Part shown: piece by piece, positions 43,297-51,559 of the stretch
Layout of the letters: each line of letters starts with the position of its first letter
How positions within the stretch are numbered: position 1 is the first letter of the stretch
Source of the DNA: Actinomycetota bacterium
Lineage (GTDB): Bacteria; Actinomycetota; Thermoleophilia; Gaiellales; F1-60-MAGs149
Assembly: GCA_005798855.1 (NCBI GenBank)
Contig: SYIF01000142.1
Location: 1-59,246, forward strand
Length of the DNA stretch: 59,246 bases
Direction: 5' to 3'
The notes under the pieces: generated by a model
Database searches by the model: none
Seen by the model: the letters and a program-made list of their open reading frames with translations, nothing else
What the model was told of the DNA's origin: nothing
Translations under genes and position numbers: made by a program

Positions 43297-43310
43297 ATAA
43301 TCATGATTAT
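43297..43310. promoter_or_regulatory. Perfect 14-bp AT-only-core palindrome ATAATCATGATTAT (Fur-family-box-like) in a divergent intergenic region
   Basis: Read directly from the sequence. It lies 112 nt upstream of the lpdA-like ATG (minus strand) and 93 nt upstream of the TatA-like ATG (plus strand). It resembles NATWAT hexamer arrays and the TGATAAT-N-ATTATCA Fur/PerR boxes, but with 7-0-7 spacing. Confidence 0.35.
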
Positions 43311-43402
43311 CAGGCGTGGAAATTTGGTGGGGGTTGACAGTGGTTTCTCATACTCGGGTGGTAGCAGCGCTAGAATGCGCCCTGAGCTTCCGAGGAGTCC
43401 GC

Positions 43403-44029
43403 ATGTTCGGTTTAACGCCCATCCAGATTTTGATTGTCGTCGCGATTGGGTTTCTGGTCTTTGGAGTTGGCGGCAGCAAGAAATTGTTTCGCCGTGGCGC
43501 AAATCGCGTCAAAGAGACCGGCGGCGGCATCAAGGGTGCAGCAACGGAGCTGCAGGCGAGCCTTGGCGAAGAAGTCGACGAGAATTCGGCGATTTATCGC
43601 GCGACTGTGGCTGGACGTGAGAAGGCTGCCGAAGGCGCGACGATCGCGCTTGAGGCCGCCAAGGAGGCGCGCGACGAAGTTGCTGGGCTCGCTGACGATG
43701 CGCGTGCTGGCGCCACAGGCGAAGAGCCACAGACTGCGATCGGACGGGTGGCGAGATCCGTGAGCGACACCGCCCGCGATGTGCGCGCTGGCATTACGAG
43801 CGATGAGGAAGCAGAGCACGAACCACAGACGGTGCTCGGCAAGGCAGCAAAATCGGTTGGCGATTCCGCAAAGGCGCGCGTCGACATGTTGGGCGAAACG
43901 GCGTCGGAGTTTGCGGCCGGCATTGAGGGTGCTCCTGCTGTGGAGGCAACGCCGGCGGCTGGTGAGCCCGCCGCGCTATCCGCGGCCGACGATTCGACAC
44001 CACCACCAGCACCACCAACTCAGGCCTAG
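43403..44029 (+). CDS. TatA/E-like protein with an unusually long (about 150 aa) repetitive acidic/Ala-rich C-terminal extension
   Basis: MFGLTPIQILIVVAIGFLVFGVGGSKKLFRRGANRVKE resembles the TatA TM helix, FG hinge and amphipathic helix. The ATG at 43403 is preceded by GAGGAG and a TAGAAT -10-like hexamer (43371-43376). The tail contains a duplicated module EEPQTAIGRVARSVSDTARDVRAG / HEPQTVLGKAAKSVGDSAKARVD. Confidence 0.55.
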   Translation: MFGLTPIQILIVVAIGFLVFGVGGSKKLFRRGANRVKETGGGIKGAATELQASLGEEVDENSAIYRATVAGREKAAEGATIALEAAKEARDEVAGLADDARAGATGEEPQTAIGRVARSVSDTARDVRAGITSDEEAEHEPQTVLGKAAKSVGDSAKARVDMLGETASEFAAGIEGAPAVEATPAAGEPAALSAADDSTPPPAPPTQA

Positions 44030-44035
44030 TCTCTG

Positions 44036-44218
44036 ATGTCGAGCACGCTCGACCGTGACCGTGGCGCACTCTTCGAAATCGCGATCGTGCTGGCCCTGGC
44101 GCTCGGTGCGGTGGCAGGCGCGATCGTTATCGCTACCTCCCTCCCGCTCCTCACGATCGTCGTTGGAGCGGCTGCTCTCTACGCGATCGGATTCGTCGTG
44201 ATCGCACTCGCAGTCTGA
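44036..44218 (+). CDS. Small hypothetical membrane protein (2 TM)
   Basis: 60 aa, starting 6 nt after the TatA-like stop: ALFEIAIVLALALGAVAGAIVIA..LLTIVVGAAALYAIGFVVIALAV. Confidence 0.45.
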   Translation: MSSTLDRDRGALFEIAIVLALALGAVAGAIVIATSLPLLTIVVGAAALYAIGFVVIALAV

Positions 44219-44229
44219 CCCTGCGGGCT

Positions 44230-44571
44230 CTACGCAAGATTGATGGAGATTGGCGAATTGCCCGTGAAGACGGCAATCATCGAACCGAGGAGCCAGCCAA
44301 CAGCGGCGATGACGAGCGCGATCTTGCCGATGCGGTTGCGATCGCCACTGATCGCGAGACCGATGATCGCGAAGCCGATGGCGAAGAAGCCGATCACCAT
44401 CGGGGCAAACCACAAGGCGACGACGCCGAGGCCACAGGCGAGTCCACTCAGAAGGGCAGCGGCCGAATCCAAGCCGGTCTCTCGCTGCTCGAGCATTCGA
44501 TCCACATAGTCTAGCTGTGTCATCGGTGCGGCGACTTCTTCGTCTGTGGGCTGCGACTGATTGGCGCTCAT
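44230..44571 (-). CDS. Hypothetical membrane protein (about 3 TM)
   Basis: 113 aa from the ATG at 44571, with GGAGGA 8 nt upstream. It has an acidic N-terminus followed by hydrophobic helices. The longer track ORF (to 44892) overlaps the cta promoter region and is not protein-like. Confidence 0.55.
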   Translation of the reverse strand: MSANQSQPTDEEVAAPMTQLDYVDRMLEQRETGLDSAAALLSGLACGLGVVALWFAPMVIGFFAIGFAIIGLAISGDRNRIGKIALVIAAVGWLLGSMIAVFTGNSPISINLA

Positions 44572-44764
44572 CGTGACGGGACTTCCTCCGGTCGTTCGCG
44601 CCGCTTTTCGACGCGCTCTCAGCATAGCGCGACCGTCACGAAGTCCCAATCGGAGCATCGTTTCGTTTGATGCGATGTTGCGCGTCGTCCGCAAGCGTGG
44701 ATACGATGCCGAACGTGGGCAATTTGATTCCGATCTACGCGCGCGCTCGAAAGGCGTGTCTGAG

Positions 44765-45568
44765 GTGAAGACGATCAAGGTTTTGCCACTTGCCCTGCTC
44801 GGCACCGCAGTCGGACTTGTCATCAGTCTGGTCCTGATCTTCACGCGAACCCTGCCCGTGCAGGCTTCCGCTGAAGCTGCGGGCATCGACAATCTCTACA
44901 TCTTTTTCCTTGGCTTTTCGGGGATTATCTTCGGCATCGTTATGCTCTTTCTGGTCGTCGCGGTGTACCGCTTCCGCGCTCACCCGAACGACGAGCGCGA
45001 AGGCGACAATGTCCACGGCATCACGTGGCTGGAGGTCGTCTGGACCGTGATTCCCTTCGTGATCGTCGTGCTCTGTGCGATTGGCGGTTTGATGGTGCTG
45101 CGCAGCGGAGACGTTGAAGCGCAGGCGCGGACGAGCGGCCAGCAGATCCATGTGCTCGGCTACCAGTTCGGCTGGAAGTACTCCTACCTCAATCAGGACA
45201 TCGATCTCAAGGATCAGCAGACGCTGGTGTTGCCGGTTAACGAGCCGGTCATCTTCGAGCTTGAGAGCAGTGACGTGATCCACTCGTTCTGGGTACCGGC
45301 GTGGCGCATGCAGATGAATGCGACACCCGGTCAGGTCAACGAAACGTCGACCACACCGACAAAAATCGGCACCTTCGAGATCGTCTGCGCCTATCTCTGC
45401 GGCGTTGGCCACACGAACATGAACTCTGCCCTACCGGGATCGATTATTCCGAAGGTTCAGGTCGTCTCCAAGAGCGACTTTGACGCGTGGGTCTCGAAGC
45501 AAAAGGCCGAGGCTGCCAAGGTAGCCGAATCGTCTAGTGAAGAGATGACCACTGGGAGCGCTGGCTGA
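44765..45568 (+). CDS. ctaC: Cytochrome c oxidase subunit II (aa3-type, no fused cytochrome c domain)
   Basis: It has two N-terminal TM helices and a cupredoxin domain with HSFWVP and CAYLCGVGHTNM (the CuA ligands C-x3-C-G-x2-H-x2-M). The start is uncertain; I chose the GTG at 44765. Confidence 0.88.
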   Translation: MKTIKVLPLALLGTAVGLVISLVLIFTRTLPVQASAEAAGIDNLYIFFLGFSGIIFGIVMLFLVVAVYRFRAHPNDEREGDNVHGITWLEVVWTVIPFVIVVLCAIGGLMVLRSGDVEAQARTSGQQIHVLGYQFGWKYSYLNQDIDLKDQQTLVLPVNEPVIFELESSDVIHSFWVPAWRMQMNATPGQVNETSTTPTKIGTFEIVCAYLCGVGHTNMNSALPGSIIPKVQVVSKSDFDAWVSKQKAEAAKVAESSSEEMTTGSAG

Positions 45569-45611
45569 TGTCCGCAACTATGACTGATCGCTTGCTTGGA
45601 GGGTTCGACCG

Positions 45612-47477
45612 ATGACCGCTGTCCTAAAACCAACGCTCGCACGCTGCCTCTGGGTCGCTCCCGCTTTCGCTGCGCTTGCGATCCTGATCACCGTCGCCGC
45701 GCGGTCCATCTTCGGCATGACACCAGTGCTGCAAGAAAGCACGCTGTTGACGGTCGCCTACATCGCGGGTGGTATTGGTTTCATCGTCGGCATCGGTGGT
45801 TTTGACTACTGGTTCACCTGGATGCGCGGCGGGGAGCTCGACCCGAACGATCATTCCCAGCACGGAGCCCACTCGTGGGGCGATTACTTCAAGTTCAATA
45901 CCGATCACAAAGTCATCGGTATTCAGTACATCGTCTTCACGTTCATCATGTTCCTTGTCGGCGGCATGTTCGCCGAGGTCTTCCGCTCCGAGCTGGCGAA
46001 CCCTGGCCAGCAGGTTCTGACGGATCAGCAGTACAGCGGCTTGATCTCGCAGCACGGCGTAATCATGATCTTCGTGTTTATGGTGCCCGTCTTTGCCGGC
46101 ATCGGTAACTACGTCATTCCGCTGATGATCGGAGCGGCCGATATGGCCTTCCCGCGTCTTAATGCCGTTTCGTTCTGGCTGCTACCGGTTGCTGCATTCA
46201 CGCTACTGTCGTCGTTCATGTTTGGTTCGTTCGACGGTGGCTGGACCGGCTATCCGACGCTGTCCGAGCAGAGCGGCTACGGCATGACGCTCTACCAGCT
46301 GGGTGTTCAGCTGGCTGGTGCGTCGTCGATTGCGACGGCCGTCAATTTCCTCGTCACGATCATCGCGATGCGTGCACCGGGAATGACGCTCTTTCGGATG
46401 CCGCTGCTCGTCTGGGCCAACCTCGCCACGTCCGCCCTCGTTGTGGCGGCAACTCCCTTCATCGCCGGTGCGCAGTTCATGGCGATGTTCGACCGTGAGA
46501 TGGGCACACATTTCTTCACGATCGCTGGTAACGGCGACACGTTCGTCTATCAACACATCTTCTGGTTCTATTCGCACCCAGCTGTCTATATCATGATCTT
46601 GCCTGGCTTCGGCATCATCAGCGAGGTGATCGCAACGCATGCGAGAAAGCCCGTCTTTGGCTATCGCGCCGTTGCCTTCTCGTCCGCGGGTATCGCAATT
46701 CTCGGCTTCGCGGTTTGGGCGCACCACATGTTTGCCTCCGGCATGGAGCCATGGCTGCGTGTGCCGATCATGCTCTCCACCCTCCTGATCGCGATTCCGA
46801 CTGGAATCAAGATCTTCTCGTGGCTCGGCACCATGTGGGGCGGCGTGCTGCGCATGACCACAGCCAACCTGTTCGCGATTGGCTTCATCTTCACCTTCGT
46901 GATTGGCGGTCTGTCCGGCGTCATGCTCGCCGTGGTGCCGTTCGATGTCTCGATTACGAACTCCTACTTCATCGTGGCGCACTTCCACTATGTGCTCTTT
47001 GGTGGCTCGATCATGACCATCTACGCTGGGTTCTATCACTGGTTCCCGAAGGTCACCGGGCGGATGTACAACGAAGTGCTCGGACGCTGGCACTTCTGGA
47101 TTACGTTCGTAGCGATGAACGTTACCTTCTTCCCCATGCACTATCAGGGGCTCGTGGGCATGCCGCGTCGCGTTGCGGATTATGCGCCCGAGTTTGCCTG
47201 GAGCAACATGGTGATCTCGCTTGCGGCCTTCATCCTCGGCGCCAGCACGCTGATCTTCGTGTACAACATGATCCACTCGGCACGGCACGGCAAGAGGGCT
47301 GGAGCCAACCCTTGGGGTGGTCTCACGCTCGAGTGGCTGCTGTCCTCCCCACCGCCGATCTTCAACTTCCCTGCCACGCCGCGCGTCATCGGTGGCCCCT
47401 ACCGCTACGGCGAAGAGGGTGCGAAGCACGCGATCGTCCCAGAAGTCGAACCCGCGACCGTCGAGACGACCGTCTAG
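45612..47477 (+). CDS. ctaD: Cytochrome c oxidase subunit I
   Basis: 621 aa. It has the heme-copper oxidase signatures GGFDYWF.., HPAVYIMILPGFG, WAHHMF and HFHYVLFGG. Confidence 0.95.
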   Translation: MTAVLKPTLARCLWVAPAFAALAILITVAARSIFGMTPVLQESTLLTVAYIAGGIGFIVGIGGFDYWFTWMRGGELDPNDHSQHGAHSWGDYFKFNTDHKVIGIQYIVFTFIMFLVGGMFAEVFRSELANPGQQVLTDQQYSGLISQHGVIMIFVFMVPVFAGIGNYVIPLMIGAADMAFPRLNAVSFWLLPVAAFTLLSSFMFGSFDGGWTGYPTLSEQSGYGMTLYQLGVQLAGASSIATAVNFLVTIIAMRAPGMTLFRMPLLVWANLATSALVVAATPFIAGAQFMAMFDREMGTHFFTIAGNGDTFVYQHIFWFYSHPAVYIMILPGFGIISEVIATHARKPVFGYRAVAFSSAGIAILGFAVWAHHMFASGMEPWLRVPIMLSTLLIAIPTGIKIFSWLGTMWGGVLRMTTANLFAIGFIFTFVIGGLSGVMLAVVPFDVSITNSYFIVAHFHYVLFGGSIMTIYAGFYHWFPKVTGRMYNEVLGRWHFWITFVAMNVTFFPMHYQGLVGMPRRVADYAPEFAWSNMVISLAAFILGASTLIFVYNMIHSARHGKRAGANPWGGLTLEWLLSSPPPIFNFPATPRVIGGPYRYGEEGAKHAIVPEVEPATVETTV

Positions 47478-47499
47478 CGCCGCGCGCAGGAGATTCACG

Positions 47500-48096
47500 A
47501 TGAGCGCAGCTACCAACCACTCCGAACCTCAGATTCAGCCCTATCGCACGGGGCTGCGCCCAGAGATTCTCGGGCTGATCATCTTCCTCGTTTCGGAGGC
47601 CGCGCTGTTCGGTGCGTTCTTCATGTACTACGCCAATCTTCGCGTCCTCAATGGCATCGCCTGGCCCGGCGAGTTCAATGTCCCAGCAGAGGCCACGTCG
47701 ATCAACACGCTGATCCTCGTGCTGTCGAGTTTCACCTGCGAATTTGCGCTGCTGTCGCTCTACAAGCGCAAGAACGGCGCCGTGTTTGCGTGGCTCTTAG
47801 CGACCTTCATCCTCGGCGCGATCTTCCTTGGCCTGCAGGTTGAGGAGTACAGGATTGTGGGCTTTACCCCGAAGGATGAGTCGACGGGCGCCATCTTCTT
47901 CAGCTTGACCGGTCTGCACGGTGCACACGTCTTCATTGGTCTGGTGCTGCTGCTTTTAGGCATGATTCGCGCGCTGGCTGGTCGATGGACGCCAGAGCGT
48001 CATACCGGTCTGCTGTCGATCAGTATCTACTGGCATTTCGTGGATATCGTCTGGGTGATTCTCTTCACCGTCGTGTACTGCCTCCCGAGCAGCTGA
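47500..48096 (+). CDS. ctaE: Cytochrome c oxidase subunit III
   Basis: 198 aa from the ATG at 47500 (CAGGAG upstream). It has LGLIIFLVSEAALFGAFF, TGLHGAHV and YWHFVDIVW. Confidence 0.9.
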   Translation: MSAATNHSEPQIQPYRTGLRPEILGLIIFLVSEAALFGAFFMYYANLRVLNGIAWPGEFNVPAEATSINTLILVLSSFTCEFALLSLYKRKNGAVFAWLLATFILGAIFLGLQVEEYRIVGFTPKDESTGAIFFSLTGLHGAHVFIGLVLLLLGMIRALAGRWTPERHTGLLSISIYWHFVDIVWVILFTVVYCLPSS

Positions 48097-48118
48097 CGCT
48101 GGGTTAGGAGTTCGACCC

Positions 48119-48760
48119 ATGCTGTGGGTCGCGATTCATTTGCCCCATATTGTTCCGCCGCTGATCGCCTTCTTCTTTCTTGGCCGACTGGCTGTCTGGG
48201 CGGCTGCACAACCGCCATCGCACTACACCGATGACCAGGTTGACGAGTGGAATGCGGCTCGGCTTGAGAAGCAGCTCTTACTCAATCAGCCCGTGCGGCG
48301 CAGAACCGCTCGCTTCGGTGTCACTGCGTTGCTGCCCCTGCTCGTGGCGTTTGCGACGGGCCTTTGGATCTACACGTTGAGTCTCCGAGGGCAGGCATCT
48401 GATCCGTGGCTGGTCTGGCTGCACGTGGGGACGGGCGTTCTGGGGTTGCTGTTGGTGACGATCAAATCGGGTGAGTTGGGTCGCAGCAGAATCGTCGCTC
48501 GCCTCCAACTGAAGCGCCCGCAGGATGCGATCGCCTCGCTGGTCATGCTCGGCCTTGGTGTGCCGATTGCAGTGACAGGCGTGTGGATGCTCTTTCGCCC
48601 CTCAGGCGGGGCATTCACCGTTATGGACTACCTTCACGTCATTACCGGTATATGGTGGACACTGATCGTCCAGTGGCACCTATTTCGTTATCTCACGCGA
48701 GCGCTGCGAGCGCTGTCGGGTGGGTCGATTGAAGATGTTTCGTCCGATCCGTCCGCCTGA
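48119..48760 (+). CDS. Hypothetical polytopic membrane protein (4-5 TM, conserved-looking His residues) directly downstream of ctaE
   Basis: 213 aa. Its helices carry IHLPH, WLHVGTG and YLHVITGIWWTLIVQWHLF. No family confidently recognised (possibly cytochrome-b/DUF4405-like). Confidence 0.55.
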   Translation: MLWVAIHLPHIVPPLIAFFFLGRLAVWAAAQPPSHYTDDQVDEWNAARLEKQLLLNQPVRRRTARFGVTALLPLLVAFATGLWIYTLSLRGQASDPWLVWLHVGTGVLGLLLVTIKSGELGRSRIVARLQLKRPQDAIASLVMLGLGVPIAVTGVWMLFRPSGGAFTVMDYLHVITGIWWTLIVQWHLFRYLTRALRALSGGSIEDVSSDPSA

Positions 48761-49119
48761 TCCGTCTGCAGTGCGAGTGCCTGGATGACGAGGCGATGGA
48801 CGATCATGCGCGCCGCCGTGGCGTCGCCTGTGCGCTCGAGGATGCAGATCCACAGCTCGTCGAACAATGGCGGAATCCGGACGGCAGCGATTGATCCGCC
48901 CAAGAGTTCCTCGCCGCTGCCGAGGCCAAGTTCGCGCGCAGCAAGCGTCAGCAGACAACCATCCCCATCATCGACGCCCCACGTCCCTCCGACGAGCCGA
49001 TCGCCCGAGCGCTCCAGCGCGCGCGAGAGGGCTGGCAACAGCGTCGGATCGACGCATGTCAATTCCTGCTGCAACGCTTTCTGAAGCTCGAGTTCGTGGT
49101 GCGTGGGACCGATATTCAT
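48688..49119 (-). CDS. Hypothetical soluble protein, opposite strand, inside the cta cluster
   Basis: 143 aa with a globular-looking composition (MNIGPTHHELELQKALQQEL...). Its 3' end overlaps the previous gene convergently by 73 nt, so one of the two C-termini may be mis-called. Confidence 0.4.
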   Translation of the reverse strand: MNIGPTHHELELQKALQQELTCVDPTLLPALSRALERSGDRLVGGTWGVDDGDGCLLTLAARELGLGSGEELLGGSIAAVRIPPLFDELWICILERTGDATAARMIVHRLVIQALALQTDQADGSDETSSIDPPDSARSARVR

Positions 49120-49350
49120 AGACGCAATGCTAAACTTACCCTCGTGCTCGGACTATTGACCCCGATGCGTGCACTGCTGCTTGGCGGCCTTGGTCTCCTG
49201 CTCCAAGTCGTTGCACTGCTGCCCGCCGTGGAAGGCGCGGTGGATTCGAACGGAGCGATGCACTACCTCCAGCACGGCATTATCTTCGCCGGCGGCCTGT
49301 GTATGGGCATTGCCCTCCGCGATCTCCTGATGATGAGCCGGCGTCGCTGA
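49096..49350 (+). CDS. Small hypothetical membrane protein (2 TM) upstream of ctaB
   Basis: Up to 84 aa: LLLGGLGLLLQVVALLP...HYLQHGIIFAGGLCMGIAL. The start is uncertain (GTG 49096 or ATG 49165). Confidence 0.35.
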   Translation: MVRGTDIHRRNAKLTLVLGLLTPMRALLLGGLGLLLQVVALLPAVEGAVDSNGAMHYLQHGIIFAGGLCMGIALRDLLMMSRRR

Positions 49351-49404
49351 CGCGCAGTCGTCGTTTGGTGTCCTCGGATACGATGCGCTGCGTGAGTACG
49401 CACA

Positions 49405-50343
49405 ATGAGTCGCGGGCCCGTCGTGTCCGCTGAGGCCGTGATCACACCCCATGCTCCGTCCGTGTATCTGGACTATTTTGAGCTGACAAAGCCGCGGATT
49501 ATGATTCTGCTGCTGATCACGCTGCTCGGAGGGATGATTTGGGCTGAGGGTGGTATCCCACCGCTGTGGCTGATCGCTTCGACGCTGCTTGGCATGGGGC
49601 TCGCCTCCGGCGGAGCGAGTGCGATCAACCATGCGCTGGATCGCGATCTCGATGTGCGGATGGAACGCACGCGCCTGCGGCCGGTTGCAGACGGCCGCAT
49701 CGAACCGCGCCCCGCGATCATTTTCGGCGTTGTGCTGACGACACTCGGGATCGTTGTCCTGGCCGTGCTGACGACGCCGCTCGCGGCCGCGCTCGCGCTC
49801 GCCGGCAACCTCTTCTACGTCTTCATTTACACGATCTGGCTGAAGCGCCGAACACCACAAAACATCGTCATTGGTGGTGCTGCGGGTGCGATGCCACCGC
49901 TCGTCGGGTGGGCGGCCGTGACGGGATCGGTCGCGTTTGCGCCGATTTTCCTGTTTGGCCTGATCTTCCTCTGGACCCCTCCCCACTTCTGGGCTTTGGC
50001 GTTGATCAAGCAAGACGAATACGAGGACGCTGGCGTGCCGATGCTGCCGAACGTGGCGGGCGTGCGGACGACGACGATCCAGATCATCGTCTACACGATC
50101 ATCCTGCTGGTCTTCTCGTTGATCCCGGTGTCGTTGGGGTGGTTTGGGGTCAGCGACAGTATTCTCGGTCCCGTCTACGGGGTGATTGCACTGGCGCTAG
50201 GTCTGCGGTTCGTGCAGGTCGGTGTCCGCTTGCACCGTGCCGATGGTGACCTTGACATTGCCCGCGAGGCTTTCCGATTTTCGTTGTTGAACCTGGCTGG
50301 CATCTTTGCTGCGATCGCGTTGGACCGCGTGCTCTTCAGCTGA
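49405..50343 (+). CDS. ctaB: Protoheme IX farnesyltransferase (heme O synthase)
   Basis: 312 aa. It has YFELTKPRIM, NHALDRDLD..M.RT..RP and TPPHFWALA motifs. Confidence 0.93.
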   Translation: MSRGPVVSAEAVITPHAPSVYLDYFELTKPRIMILLLITLLGGMIWAEGGIPPLWLIASTLLGMGLASGGASAINHALDRDLDVRMERTRLRPVADGRIEPRPAIIFGVVLTTLGIVVLAVLTTPLAAALALAGNLFYVFIYTIWLKRRTPQNIVIGGAAGAMPPLVGWAAVTGSVAFAPIFLFGLIFLWTPPHFWALALIKQDEYEDAGVPMLPNVAGVRTTTIQIIVYTIILLVFSLIPVSLGWFGVSDSILGPVYGVIALALGLRFVQVGVRLHRADGDLDIAREAFRFSLLNLAGIFAAIALDRVLFS

Positions 50344-50347
50344 GCTG

Positions 50348-51538
50348 ATGATGGATCAACGCCGGCCGGTGTCGCCCCGTCGTCTGACAGCGCTCATCTC
50401 TGCGCTGATTTTCCTCGACATGGTGACCTGGCTCGCCGCGATACCGCTGATTCCGGTCTGGCACGACCAGTTTGGTCTGACGGATGGACAAGCGGGGCTG
50501 GTGCTCGGTGCCTATAGCTTCTCGGTTCTGGTTTTCGCGATCCCTGCGGGCTGGGTTGCCGACCGGATCGGCGCGCGCCGTGTGACGCTGATTGCAGCGG
50601 CCTGCTTCGTGGTCGCAGCGCCCGCGATCGCCTTTGCCGACACCTTCGCCCTCTTGATCCTGGTGCGCATCGTGCAAGGTGCCTGCTCGGCGGTCGTCTG
50701 GTCGGCAGGGCTCGCCTGGTTGTCCGGAGCTGTCGATTCGAGCCATCGTCCGCGTGCGCTGACGATCGCCAATGCCTCTGCGACGATTGCCACGATTGGC
50801 GGGCCGCTCTTGGGTGGGCCAATCGTGGCGCGCTTTGGGATCACGGAATCGTTCGCTGGGCTCGGCCTGCTGGTCGGCGTGATCGTCGTGTGGGGACTGT
50901 TCGAGCCCGGTGGCGAGAGTGGCGTCGTGCCGCATGCGGATCGACATGGACCGTTTGTGTCGCTGCGGCACGCACTCCAGCCGGGATTGCTACAGGTTAG
51001 CTTCATCTCGATTGGCTTTGTCGCCCTGATGATGGCCGCCCTTCAGCTCCTCGCGCCTCTCTATTTTGCGGATCAGGGAATCAGTTCTGCTGCAATCGGT
51101 TGGATTTTCACAGCAGGCAGCGTTCTCTCGGTAGTTGCAATTCTGGTCGTGGCTCGCTTAGGCACGCGACTCAATCACCTGATTGCATTGGTCGTGCTGC
51201 CTGCAGTCTGTGGTGCTTGTCTCGCAGTGCTGCTGCTGCCGATAGGCGTGCCGGCCTACGCGGTGATGCTGGTTCTGCTGATCGGACTCGCTGCGCCGAT
51301 CTTCGCGATTGCTTATCCCATCTGTGCCACGGGTGCGCGCACCGTCAACATCGGCGAGGGTGGCGCCTTCGGCATGCTCAATGCAGTCTGGGCCGTGGGT
51401 TCGTTGATCGCTCCGGTGATTGCGGGCGTTGTGTTGCAGCGCGGCGCTCCGTGGCTGGTCTACCTCGTCGTTGCCCTGCTGAGCTTTGGAGTGTCGTTCG
51501 TCCTACTCCGATCGCGGGCGGCCGTCGCCGCCGCCTGA
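50348..51538 (+). CDS. MFS transporter
   Basis: About 396 aa from the ATG at 50348, with 12 predicted TM helices and the MFS loop motif GWVADRIGARRV between TM2 and TM3. Confidence 0.8.
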   Translation: MMDQRRPVSPRRLTALISALIFLDMVTWLAAIPLIPVWHDQFGLTDGQAGLVLGAYSFSVLVFAIPAGWVADRIGARRVTLIAAACFVVAAPAIAFADTFALLILVRIVQGACSAVVWSAGLAWLSGAVDSSHRPRALTIANASATIATIGGPLLGGPIVARFGITESFAGLGLLVGVIVVWGLFEPGGESGVVPHADRHGPFVSLRHALQPGLLQVSFISIGFVALMMAALQLLAPLYFADQGISSAAIGWIFTAGSVLSVVAILVVARLGTRLNHLIALVVLPAVCGACLAVLLLPIGVPAYAVMLVLLIGLAAPIFAIAYPICATGARTVNIGEGGAFGMLNAVWAVGSLIAPVIAGVVLQRGAPWLVYLVVALLSFGVSFVLLRSRAAVAAA

Positions 51539-51559
51539 CCGCGCGGGATACCATCTGGT

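Noticed and set aside
43334-43339. A perfect TTGACA hexamer as the -35 of the TatA-like gene promoter.
   Set aside because: There is no acceptable -10 at 16-18 nt (the candidates are CATACT at 9 nt and TAGAAT at 31 nt). The TAGAAT at 43371-43376 fits the start codon geometry better but then lacks a good -35. The promoter assignment is therefore left open.
44572-44650. Apparent inverted repeats (GTGACGG/CCGTCAC and GGACTTC/GAAGTCC) in the cta divergent region as a regulatory hairpin.
   Set aside because: The two arm pairs occur in the same order on both sides (A-B ... A'-B') rather than mirrored. They cannot form one simple stem, and each 7-bp match alone is not remarkable in about 200 nt of GC-rich DNA.
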